A stretch of 64,000 bases of DNA from positions 8,046-72,045 of the forward strand of contig JBBDIY010000058.1 of assembly GCA_040880185.1 (NCBI GenBank), read 5' to 3'. Under the pieces are notes generated by a model, which was given only the letters and a program-made list of their open reading frames with translations, was not told the DNA's origin and ran no database searches. Shown here in pieces: positions 56,538-64,000 of the stretch. The stretch's first letter is position 1. The number at the start of each line of letters is the position of its first letter. The DNA is from Paenibacillaceae bacterium. GTDB taxonomy: Bacteria; Bacillota; Bacilli; Paenibacillales; UBA4045. Both the position numbers and the translations under genes were made by a program.

Positions 56538-57108
56538 TCAGTTCAATAACCATATCATTTGTAGAAGGATTATATGGATAGATCGATTTGTTGAATCGTA
56601 CCCATCTCCAGTCAATGCTCCGAACAGTTCGGAGCCATTATTGATCATGCCATCCTCGTTTAAATCTAGCGCTAAGAATCCACTTTGATTATTCGCGAAT
56701 GATATTTGGTCTTCTTGTCCATCTGAATCAAGATCGAAGGCATACTTGGTCGCTGTTAGGGCAACGTTAGTATTACCGAAATTTAGTACAAGCGGATCCT
56801 TCAAGGCATCGCCGGTTCGGATGTTAAGATTAGTTTCTGAAGTAAAGCTACGCGTCATACTTATGTTGAGATTAAGTTCGATTTCACGAGTCCGCAGTTC
56901 TTATGATGCCTTGCGCCTCGAAAGAGGTATGTTCAAATTCACTGTAAGTCTCATGTCGGTCGTAAGCAAACCCCCAGCCTAATGGTTGGGGCTGAGACTG
57001 GTTCAGGTTAGGATCAAGCTTGATATTATTTGCTTCAGTCTTGTTCATACGAGGAAGAATAAATTTAAATTTCTTGCCCGACAAGCTCTCTAACGTAGGT
57101 ATGTTCAC
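56538..57108 (-). pseudogene. Frameshifted/degraded gene for a D-x-D-x-D-G Ca-binding-like repeat protein
   Basis: Two track ORFs (57108-56884 and 56858-56538) are in different frames and join by a 1-nt shift near 56880. Motifs DLDSDGQED and DLNEDGMINNGSELFG. Poor start context (GTG, no RBS). Confidence 0.45.
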
Positions 57109-57420
57109 TCTTCATGAATAATTCCGAGCTTTCAATCCGCACGAAGATCACTCCTTTTGTCCATGGGGTATATACGATATATCGGAGAAAAAAGCTATTC
57201 CTATGAATGATTATTATAGAAAAGGGCCAGCGGGAAAACTGTTATACAATAGTGTTAAGTCTGTTATATAACGAACATAACAGCTGCATTGTAGCATGAA
57301 TAGGTAAGTTTGCTATTTTTCAGGAAGTTGTTGTAATACTATTTGCATGCTGTTATTATTGAACTATGTGTAAATTGTGACGAAATATTTACGTTGATAC
57401 AAGCGGAAAGGGGTTATTAA

Positions 57421-58428
57421 ATGACAACACTCCCAAAGGTTAATGAACTTGGATTCTTTGAGATTCGTCTTGAAGCTATAGGAGGACTAGGTGCGAACCT
57501 AGCAGGTAAGATGCTAGCAGAGGCCGGAGTTATCGGCGCTGGTTTGAATGGCGTTAGCTTCTCATCCTATGGTTCTGAGAAGAAAGGTTCACCGGTTAAA
57601 GCTCATATTCGTTTCTGCGAACCAGGTACGAATATCAGAGACACCACGCCAGTTGAACGACCGCATGTGGTTGGTATTTTTCATGAAAACCTGTATAAGA
57701 CTGTGAACGTAGTTAGTGGTACTTATGCAGATAGTATTATTCTAGTGAATTCCAGCAAGACACCAGAGCAACTGAAGGATAAGCTGAAGCTGGTTGGTGG
57801 TACGATTGCTGTTGTTGATGCGATGGAAATCGCCTTAGAAGAGAATAATCGTGCGAATATGGCTATGATGGGCGGCTTGTTCCGTCTTTGTGACTTTTTA
57901 GATAAACAAATTATGTATGATATTATTCAGAAATCGTTAGGTAAGAAGTACCCAGCCGCTGTTGCACCGGCAATTCGCACTTTCGACCGTGGCTATAATG
58001 AGGTCAAGTTCCAAACCTTTGAATTAGCTGATGGTGTGAGCATGCCAGAATTCAAGCGTTGGGATATTCCAACACTGGGATATGAAACTCAGCCAATGGG
58101 CGGTATCATTACCAATCCAGGTAATAGTGTACTGAAGGATATCAGTATCTCGCGTTCGGGTATGATGCCACATTTTCATGAAGACAAATGTATTCACTGT
58201 GCAGCGTGCGACACGGCTTGTCCGGATTTCTGCTTCGTATGGGAAGAGCAAGAGGATAAGAAGGGTCGTCCACAGATGTTCCTTCAAGGTATCGATTATC
58301 AATATTGTAAGGGCTGCCTGAAATGTGTTGTGGCCTGTCCAACAGAAGCCTTATCGGATGCAAGGGAGAAAGACGGTTACGCCGACGAGCATCGTGTTCC
58401 GCATAAATGGGATTTTGTTACTAACTAA
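57421..58428 (+). CDS. 2-oxoacid:ferredoxin oxidoreductase, fused gamma + delta (2x[4Fe-4S]) subunit
   Basis: The N-terminus EIRLEAIGGLGANLAGKML is gamma-like. The C-terminus carries CIHCAACDTACP and CKGCLKCVVACP ferredoxin motifs. Confidence 0.85.
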   Translation: MTTLPKVNELGFFEIRLEAIGGLGANLAGKMLAEAGVIGAGLNGVSFSSYGSEKKGSPVKAHIRFCEPGTNIRDTTPVERPHVVGIFHENLYKTVNVVSGTYADSIILVNSSKTPEQLKDKLKLVGGTIAVVDAMEIALEENNRANMAMMGGLFRLCDFLDKQIMYDIIQKSLGKKYPAAVAPAIRTFDRGYNEVKFQTFELADGVSMPEFKRWDIPTLGYETQPMGGIITNPGNSVLKDISISRSGMMPHFHEDKCIHCAACDTACPDFCFVWEEQEDKKGRPQMFLQGIDYQYCKGCLKCVVACPTEALSDAREKDGYADEHRVPHKWDFVTN

Positions 58429-58452
58429 TTTCGAACGAAAGGGGTCTCCTAT

Positions 58453-60756
58453 ATGTCAATTGAGATTAAAGACGAAATAAGCACAGGCACCGTTGAACAA
58501 CGGATGGTTTATGAATCGGGTAACGAAATGGCAGCCTACGCCGCACACCAAATCAACTATCACGTTATGGGGTATTTCCCTATATCTCCTTCTACAGAGG
58601 TCGCTCAGTTTCTTGATTTAATGAAAGCAAGCGGCAAGCATGATATCGTCTTGATTCCTGCTGATGGCGAGCATGGTTCCGCAGGAATTTGCTACGGTGC
58701 TTCGGCAGCGGGCGGGCGCGTATTCAATGCAACAAGCTCAAATGGTTACTTGTATATGCTTGAGCAGATGCCTGTACAATCGGGAACTCGTTTCCCTATG
58801 GTGTTAAATCTCGTCTGTCGTGCTGTATCCGGTCCATTGGATATTCACGGAGATCATTCCGATTTGTATTACGCATTGAACACAGGCTGGCCGATTCTGA
58901 TGTGTCGTGATCCGCAAGCTGTGTATGATATGAACATCATGGCTATTAAGCTTGCTGAAGATCCAGAAGTTAGACTACCGGTCATGGTAGCTCAAGATGG
59001 ATATTTCACTTCTCACCAGAAGCGCCGTGTTATGACAATGGCTACTCGTGAGGATGTGCATGCATTTGTAGGTGCTACACCTGCTGAATACCAACATGTA
59101 CTCGATCGTAACAACCCGATAACGGTTGGTCCTTATATGAACGAACCGGACTATATTAATAACTGCTATCAGCAATCCCAAGCTATGTATCGTGCTGGTG
59201 AAGTGTTCGATCGCATTCGTAAGGAATATGAAGTATTAACAGGTCGGGATTATCCGATTCTGGATTTGTATCGTATGGAAGATGCAGAAGTTGTTGTATT
59301 CTTGATGAACTCTGCTTCTGAGATTATTAGAGACGTTGTAGATGAGCTTCGACTGAAGGGCATCAAAGCGGGATCGCTTGCACCGAATATGATTCGCCCA
59401 TTCCCACAGAAGGAAATTGCTGAAGCATTGAAGAATGTAAAGGCGATTACGATTGGCGACCGCGCTGATTCATTCGGCGCACATGGCGGTAACATGACGA
59501 ATGAGATTAAAGCAGCTCTTCATACGTATGGTAATAGCACAACGAAAGTTGTTAGTCGTGTTTATGGACTTGGTGGTAAGGATTTCTATGCCGAAGATGG
59601 TCATGCCTTGTTCCAATTCGCACTAGATGCAATTGAGAAAGGCAGGGTCGAGAAAGCGTTCGATTATCACGGAATTACGAAGGGCGATAAAGAAAAGGCT
59701 CCAGAGCGCGTTCTTAACCCTATGAAATACGAAGATTTAGTGTCTGGCTTAATCAAGGTAACTCCTGATGAAGAAACAGGGATGTTGAGCGTTCGCGTTC
59801 CTCCTATGCGTCAATTGATGAAGAAACCAAAGCGTCTTGCTTCTGGTCATGGTGCTTGTCCGGGCTGTGGAATTTTCTCTGGTCTAGAGATATTCTTCAA
59901 GGGAATCGAAGGCGACATCATTGCCTTGTATCACACAGGCTGTGCGATGGTTGTTACAACAGGCTATCCTTACTCAGCGCACAAAGCGACGTATATTCAT
60001 AACCTGTTCCAGAATGGTGCTGCTACACTTTCCGGTGTTGTTGAGATGTTCTGGGAGCGTAAGCGTCGCGGAGAGCTGGATCAATACGGTCTGAAGGATG
60101 ACTTTACCTTCGTTATGATTACTGGTGATGGCGGTATGGATATTGGTATGGGACCAGCGATTGGTGCTGCACTACGTAATCACAAGATGATCATTGTCGA
60201 GTACGATAATGAAGGATATATGAACACAGGTGCGCAACAGTCCTATTCAACGCCGATGGGTCACCGTACATCTACATCCAATATAGGTACACATCAAGTC
60301 GGTAAAGTATTCCATCACAAGGATACAGCACAGATTATGGCTGCCACGAATATCTCCTATGTATTCACTGGTTCTGAAGCTCATCCACAGGATTTGCTAA
60401 AGAAAGGTGCCAAGGCACAATGGTATGCTCAGAATGTTGGCCTGGTATATGGCAAGATTCTGATTGCTTGTCCATTGAACTGGCTATCCGAGGATAAAGA
60501 TGGTCAAACGATTATTGGTGATGCGGTAGATTGCTGCTTCTTCCCACTCTATGAGATCGAGCAAGGTGTAACGACCATTACTCACGATCCAGAGGAAAAG
60601 GGCAAACGTGTTCCAGCTTCAGATTGGCTGAAGACGATGGGTAAGACGAAGCATCTTACGAAACCTGAGAATGCGGGTATTCTCCAAGAATTCGAGAAAG
60701 AAATCGAGCGTCGCTGGCGTCGATTGAAAGCGAAGCACGAGAATCCGTTACTATAG
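58453..60756 (+). CDS. 2-oxoacid:ferredoxin oxidoreductase, fused alpha + beta (TPP-binding) subunit
   Basis: The N-terminal half is alpha-like (GNEMAAYAA...YPISPSTE). The C-terminal half has CPGCG and GDGGMDIGMG TPP motifs. Confidence 0.85.
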   Translation: MSIEIKDEISTGTVEQRMVYESGNEMAAYAAHQINYHVMGYFPISPSTEVAQFLDLMKASGKHDIVLIPADGEHGSAGICYGASAAGGRVFNATSSNGYLYMLEQMPVQSGTRFPMVLNLVCRAVSGPLDIHGDHSDLYYALNTGWPILMCRDPQAVYDMNIMAIKLAEDPEVRLPVMVAQDGYFTSHQKRRVMTMATREDVHAFVGATPAEYQHVLDRNNPITVGPYMNEPDYINNCYQQSQAMYRAGEVFDRIRKEYEVLTGRDYPILDLYRMEDAEVVVFLMNSASEIIRDVVDELRLKGIKAGSLAPNMIRPFPQKEIAEALKNVKAITIGDRADSFGAHGGNMTNEIKAALHTYGNSTTKVVSRVYGLGGKDFYAEDGHALFQFALDAIEKGRVEKAFDYHGITKGDKEKAPERVLNPMKYEDLVSGLIKVTPDEETGMLSVRVPPMRQLMKKPKRLASGHGACPGCGIFSGLEIFFKGIEGDIIALYHTGCAMVVTTGYPYSAHKATYIHNLFQNGAATLSGVVEMFWERKRRGELDQYGLKDDFTFVMITGDGGMDIGMGPAIGAALRNHKMIIVEYDNEGYMNTGAQQSYSTPMGHRTSTSNIGTHQVGKVFHHKDTAQIMAATNISYVFTGSEAHPQDLLKKGAKAQWYAQNVGLVYGKILIACPLNWLSEDKDGQTIIGDAVDCCFFPLYEIEQGVTTITHDPEEKGKRVPASDWLKTMGKTKHLTKPENAGILQEFEKEIERRWRRLKAKHENPLL

Positions 60757-61293
60757 GAGCATGAATGAAATAATACGAGTTCGCTGAAATATGGATGAGT
60801 AATGCAAAGTGATATCAAGCTTTGTGTTACTCATCTTTTGTTTGTCAACTGCTGCGGAAAGTAGTAATTCGTTGTAACTATTTTTCTTGGATAATCGTCT
60901 GAAGTTAGATAAAGATACCGAATGCTTTGTTTTTATCAATATGTATAATGGGGGTCCCTAAATGAGAAATGTACTTGCAAATATTTTATAGCTATGCTTC
61001 TTTCAAGTTTTTCTGCCTTTGCTGCAGATGGAGGCGATAAGGTGCCAACAAAGACAGAAATGTAGCGGAGTATGTCGAACAAATAGCGCATATGTACAAC
61101 TATTCGGTGCCAATGTAGAGTGGTTGGGGGGAATAGTAACATAGTGCAATTAAATGTTCGCAATACCATGGATTAATTATAGGGATCAAGATTTAATTGT
61201 ATGATTACAACAATATTAAGTTGGAAGTAAGATATTTATGGAATAGTTGCACATTCGCAATTATTTAGACCATGGAGCCTAGAATAGGCTTCA

Positions 61294-61353
61294 CTCCAAG
61301 AATTCGAGAAAGAAATCGAGCGTCGCTGGCGTCAATTGAAAGCGAAGCACGAG
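61294..61353 (+). repeat. Duplicated copy (59/60 identical) of the last ~60 nt of the oxidoreductase gene (60682-60741)
   Basis: CTCCAAGAATTCGAGAAAGAAATCGAGCGTCGCTGGCGTC[G/A]ATTGAAAGCGAAGCACGAG occurs at both sites in direct orientation, 612 bp apart. Confidence 0.95.
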
Positions 61354-61526
61354 TCCGTTTTTATAAGCACATCCAATAATGATGATTTTTAGGAGTTAAA
61401 GAACTAGTATTACACGTGTATTAACTCCCAATTATTTTATTATTTTATTTGCTATGTAGTTGTTGACAAAACGTATTAAACATTGCAATGTAATGTCATA
61501 TTATAGAAATTTGAAGAAGAAGGGGT

Positions 61527-61850
61527 TTGGTTGGTATTAATGTTGATAGTATGAAATTAGAAATGTATAAACAAACTCTCAACAACCTGCCCAATTCAAG
61601 TGTACAACTTGAAACCGATAAACGAGCCTTGGAAGCTGAAATAGGGAATCTAACCTTTGAAAGAGATGTTATCCACCAAGCATTAGCTTTGGTGAATAAG
61701 GGGACCCCGACTTGTATGAGCGAGTAAAGCGACACATTCATCAGTATGTGAAAGAATCCTCTGCGTAATCCGTAGCGCGTTACTTGATATTGAGTATGAG
61801 CACTCAATATGTTATACTTAATTTACTGAAGGGCCCTAGCGCCATCCATC
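61527..61850 (+). mobile_element. IS3-family transposase relic (OrfA leucine-zipper end and degenerate OrfB start)
   Basis: LETDKRALEAEIGNLTFERDVIHQALALVNKG resembles the OrfA coiled-coil/ILKKA region. The -1 frame then gives ...SVARYLILSMSTQY..., which is like the OrfB start, with stops. The right boundary is uncertain. Confidence 0.45.
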
Positions 61851-61924
61851 ACACACCTAGTGTGATATCACCGTACTTGAAAAGAGCTTGGTATATACCA
61901 GGTTCTTTTCTATGCGAACTTATC

Positions 61925-62875
61925 TTATCCCTCTGAACGGTTCATCCAGAACTCCTCACACTTTGTCGAACAGAAGAGGTTATACTTCACTTCACAAGAT
62001 GAGCAGCATATGTGCTGCTTGTGGCAGAAGTCATTCGCGCAATTGATGTAGCGATCCTCTGCTGTGCCGCAATGATAACAGGTGCCAACGACTACAGGCT
62101 CGACCTGATTGACGGGGACAGAGATGCGTTCGTCGAATACATACATCTTACCGTCGAAAAGCTGCCCTTTAACCTCAGTATCCTTACTGTAGGTTACAAT
62201 CCCACCGTCAAGCTGGTACACATTCGAGAAGCCCTCCTTCAGCAGAAAGCCAGACAGCTTCTCGCATCGAATCCCACCTGTGCAATAAGTCAATATAGGC
62301 CTGTCCTTGAAGTCTTGCATGTTCTCTCTAATCCATTCTGGAAACTCGCGGAACGATTCGACCTCGGGGCGTATCGCATTGCGGAAGTGACCGATATCGT
62401 ATTCATAATCATTCCGTCCATCTAATACGATGACATCTTCTTGCTGCAGCATCTCATAGAATTGCTTGGGCTTCAGATGGGTACCCGTTATTTCATTCGG
62501 ATCAACATCGTCTTCGAGTCGGAATGTGACTAATTCCTTTCTTGGACGAACGAATATTTTCTGAAAGGCATGCTCTTCCGCATCGTCAATCTTGAACACA
62601 AGATCTAAGAATAATGGATGATTATGCATGTAAGAGATATATTGGTTTGTCTGCTCGATTGTTCCAGATACAGTTCCGTTAATTCCCTCATGCGCAACGA
62701 GGATTCGACCCTTGAGTCCAACTTCCTTGCAGAAAGCAAGATGCGCACTGGCAAACTCCTCAACATCCCCAATTGCCACATATTTATAATACAGCAGCAC
62801 CCGAAAAGGCTTGTTCGAACCATCTGCCGGACTGTAGATGAATCTTGAATCGCCCTGTGGATATTCGTTTTTCAT
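61925..62875 (-). CDS. trhO: Rhodanese-domain protein, TrhO/UPF0176 family (tRNA U34 hydroxylase)
   Basis: Blocks [32 protein letters not shown] (rhodanese Cys loop). C-terminal Cys-rich tail. Confidence 0.85.
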   Translation of the reverse strand: MKNEYPQGDSRFIYSPADGSNKPFRVLLYYKYVAIGDVEEFASAHLAFCKEVGLKGRILVAHEGINGTVSGTIEQTNQYISYMHNHPLFLDLVFKIDDAEEHAFQKIFVRPRKELVTFRLEDDVDPNEITGTHLKPKQFYEMLQQEDVIVLDGRNDYEYDIGHFRNAIRPEVESFREFPEWIRENMQDFKDRPILTYCTGGIRCEKLSGFLLKEGFSNVYQLDGGIVTYSKDTEVKGQLFDGKMYVFDERISVPVNQVEPVVVGTCYHCGTAEDRYINCANDFCHKQHICCSSCEVKYNLFCSTKCEEFWMNRSEG

Positions 62876-62975
62876 TGATTAAAGTCACCCGTTTCTGTCA
62901 ATATGATCTGCGAATCCATTTCACACTTGCTTATAAAGTATAACCGAATCTCAAGCGGATTTCACTTGGTTCACC

Positions 62976-63629
62976 CTATTCATCTCTACTCTGAATAACT
63001 AACAATAAACCAGTACTGACTTGCACATGGCCTATTGTGGCAGATAGTACATTGCTGATCGCTAGTGATTGACCCATAATGAGTGTAGCTTCATGCAAAG
63101 GGTATTGAAAGCCGGTGAGCGTTACGCCGGATACTTCAAGGGTGAGCGGCAGCAGGGATATATGGGTGAATCCTTCCACTGCGGCAACCTCAAGGGAGCG
63201 ATCTGTGGCATGAATAATATTGAATTCATCAACGATACAACAGGCTATGCCGAGCGCAATTGCTTTACGTAGTAGGTGGACATTGGCCAGAGAATGATCG
63301 AATCGGGTACCAAGTGCACCGAACAGAACGATTTCTGCGGGCTTCATATTCATCGCGTGTAGAAAGGCGAGCTCCGTGTCGGATTCGTCTTTAAGAATAG
63401 CATCACAGGATAAGAATTCACTCGAGTTCATCTGAATGATGGTCTTCTCTTGCTCAGTCACCGAATCGAAGTCACCTACGCTTAAGTCCGGACGATAGCC
63501 CTGCTGAATGAGGAACCATGCGCCGCGGTCTGCACCGATTAGAATATCATCTGGTTTGATTGTATCAAGCACCCAAGAGCCTAAGCGACCTCCACTGACA
63601 ATGAGCACGCGCTTCTGACTGTTGTTCAT
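62976..63629 (-). CDS. thiN: Thiamine diphosphokinase
   Basis: Blocks VLIVSGG, IGADRGA, GDFDS, DTELA, GALGTRFDH. Confidence 0.85.
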   Translation of the reverse strand: MNNSQKRVLIVSGGRLGSWVLDTIKPDDILIGADRGAWFLIQQGYRPDLSVGDFDSVTEQEKTIIQMNSSEFLSCDAILKDESDTELAFLHAMNMKPAEIVLFGALGTRFDHSLANVHLLRKAIALGIACCIVDEFNIIHATDRSLEVAAVEGFTHISLLPLTLEVSGVTLTGFQYPLHEATLIMGQSLAISNVLSATIGHVQVSTGLLLVIQSRDE

Positions 63630-63809
63630 AGGTTTTCCGCCTTCCCAACATAGATCTATTGTTACTTATTGTATGCTTTAAGGGATTCATAGGACAAGTA
63701 ATAAGTAGGATAAAATACTGTTGCGTGGGTACTGAACTTTTTGCCTAGGCTAATCGTATTATAGCTGAAGTCCAAATTAGATTGTTTATCGAGAGGGAGG
63801 ATTGTGTGA

Positions 63810-64000
63810 ATGGAGGAACAGGCGACGATTAAGCTTGCGCAACAAGGCGATACGGCTGCTCTAGCCCGATTACTTCAGGAGCATTACCCTTATGTGCTGA
63901 GATATTTAATTAAGATCACCTTCGATCCCCAATGGGCTGAGGACTTAGCTCAAGAGACGATGTTGAAATGTATACATAAGATTAAACTTTATCATGATAA
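63810..64000 (+). CDS. Sigma-70 family (ECF-type) RNA polymerase sigma factor, N-terminal part; runs off the window end
   Basis: MEEQATIKLAQQGDTAALARLLQEHYPYVLRYLIKITFDPQWAEDLAQETMLKCIHKIKLYHD is a region-2 pattern. GAGGGAGG RBS. Confidence 0.7.
   Translation, partial: MEEQATIKLAQQGDTAALARLLQEHYPYVLRYLIKITFDPQWAEDLAQETMLKCIHKIKLYHD

Noticed and set aside
57371-57400. Rex/CRP-FNR-like site (TTGTGACGAAATATTTACG) upstream of the oxidoreductase operon
   Set aside because: The second half-site does not match TCACA/TTCACAA. Only a generic GTAAAT/ATTTAC dyad remains.
60751-61169. Two minus-strand ORFs (62 and 77 aa) between the duplicated 60-mers
   Set aside because: AT-rich region, no RBS, odd composition. 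The plus strand shows a frameshifted signal-peptide remnant instead. Treated as degraded DNA.
61496-61807. 103-aa minus-strand ORF
   Set aside because: Antisense to the IS3 OrfA-like coiled-coil fragment. No RBS or domain signal.
1-64000. rRNA, tRNA, tmRNA, RNase P and CRISPR scan of all intergenic regions
   Set aside because: None recognised by eye. Intergenic regions longer than 150 nt were read on both strands. A tRNAscan/Infernal run would be the decisive check.

Overview
The gene content looks like a Bacillales/Paenibacillus-type chromosome: SpoIIM-like/RDD pair, LipL-like lipoyl transferase, MsrB, ThiN, TrhO, many ABC exporters and two-component systems. About 55 genes can be supported. 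Most other ORFs in the track are antisense shadows of these. No rRNA, tRNA or CRISPR array was recognised.

Main blocks:
- 0-5.4 kb: housekeeping genes, plus two convergent truncated genes.
- 5.4-5.9 kb: IS3-family transposase relic.
- 6.1-12.7 kb: accessory chemosensory operon cheA-cheW-mcp-cheR-cheB-cheD with no cheY.
- 12.7-18.2 kb: NarL-type two-component system, a membrane PAS-GGDEF cyclase, and a 3-gene operon. That operon encodes a degenerate CheY-like receiver, a CheX-like protein with four MshEN-type c-di-GMP-binding motifs, and a 73-aa unknown.
- 18.4-30.1 kb: MarR plus two heterodimeric ABC exporter pairs, YceI, and a Fur-box-controlled FTR1 iron permease.
- 30.3-34.3 kb: glgP, a TauE-like gene and msrB.
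- 34.4-36.5 kb: AT-rich islet with convergent AbiEii-like and AbiEi-like genes and two 28-bp palindromic operators.
- 36.7-42.7 kb: cNMP-binding/anion-permease fusion, MFS transporter, glnS.
- 42.8-46.6 kb: nosD-L-Y-F-like cluster without nosZ.
- 46.7-50.8 kb: ABC-2 transporter plus two-component system, followed by a 51-bp tandem repeat.
- 51-56.5 kb: DUF2339, HD-GYP, YihY, AIM24-like and PilZ genes.
- 57.4-60.8 kb: two-gene fused 2-oxoacid:ferredoxin oxidoreductase.
- 60.7-61.9 kb: duplicated gene end and a second IS3 relic.
- 61.9-64 kb: trhO, thiN and the start of an ECF-type sigma factor.

Best candidates for new biology are the c-di-GMP/CheX/pseudo-CheY module next to the orphan chemosensory operon, an unannotated type I toxin-antitoxin-like locus at 1.6-1.9 kb, and the convergent AbiE-like islet.
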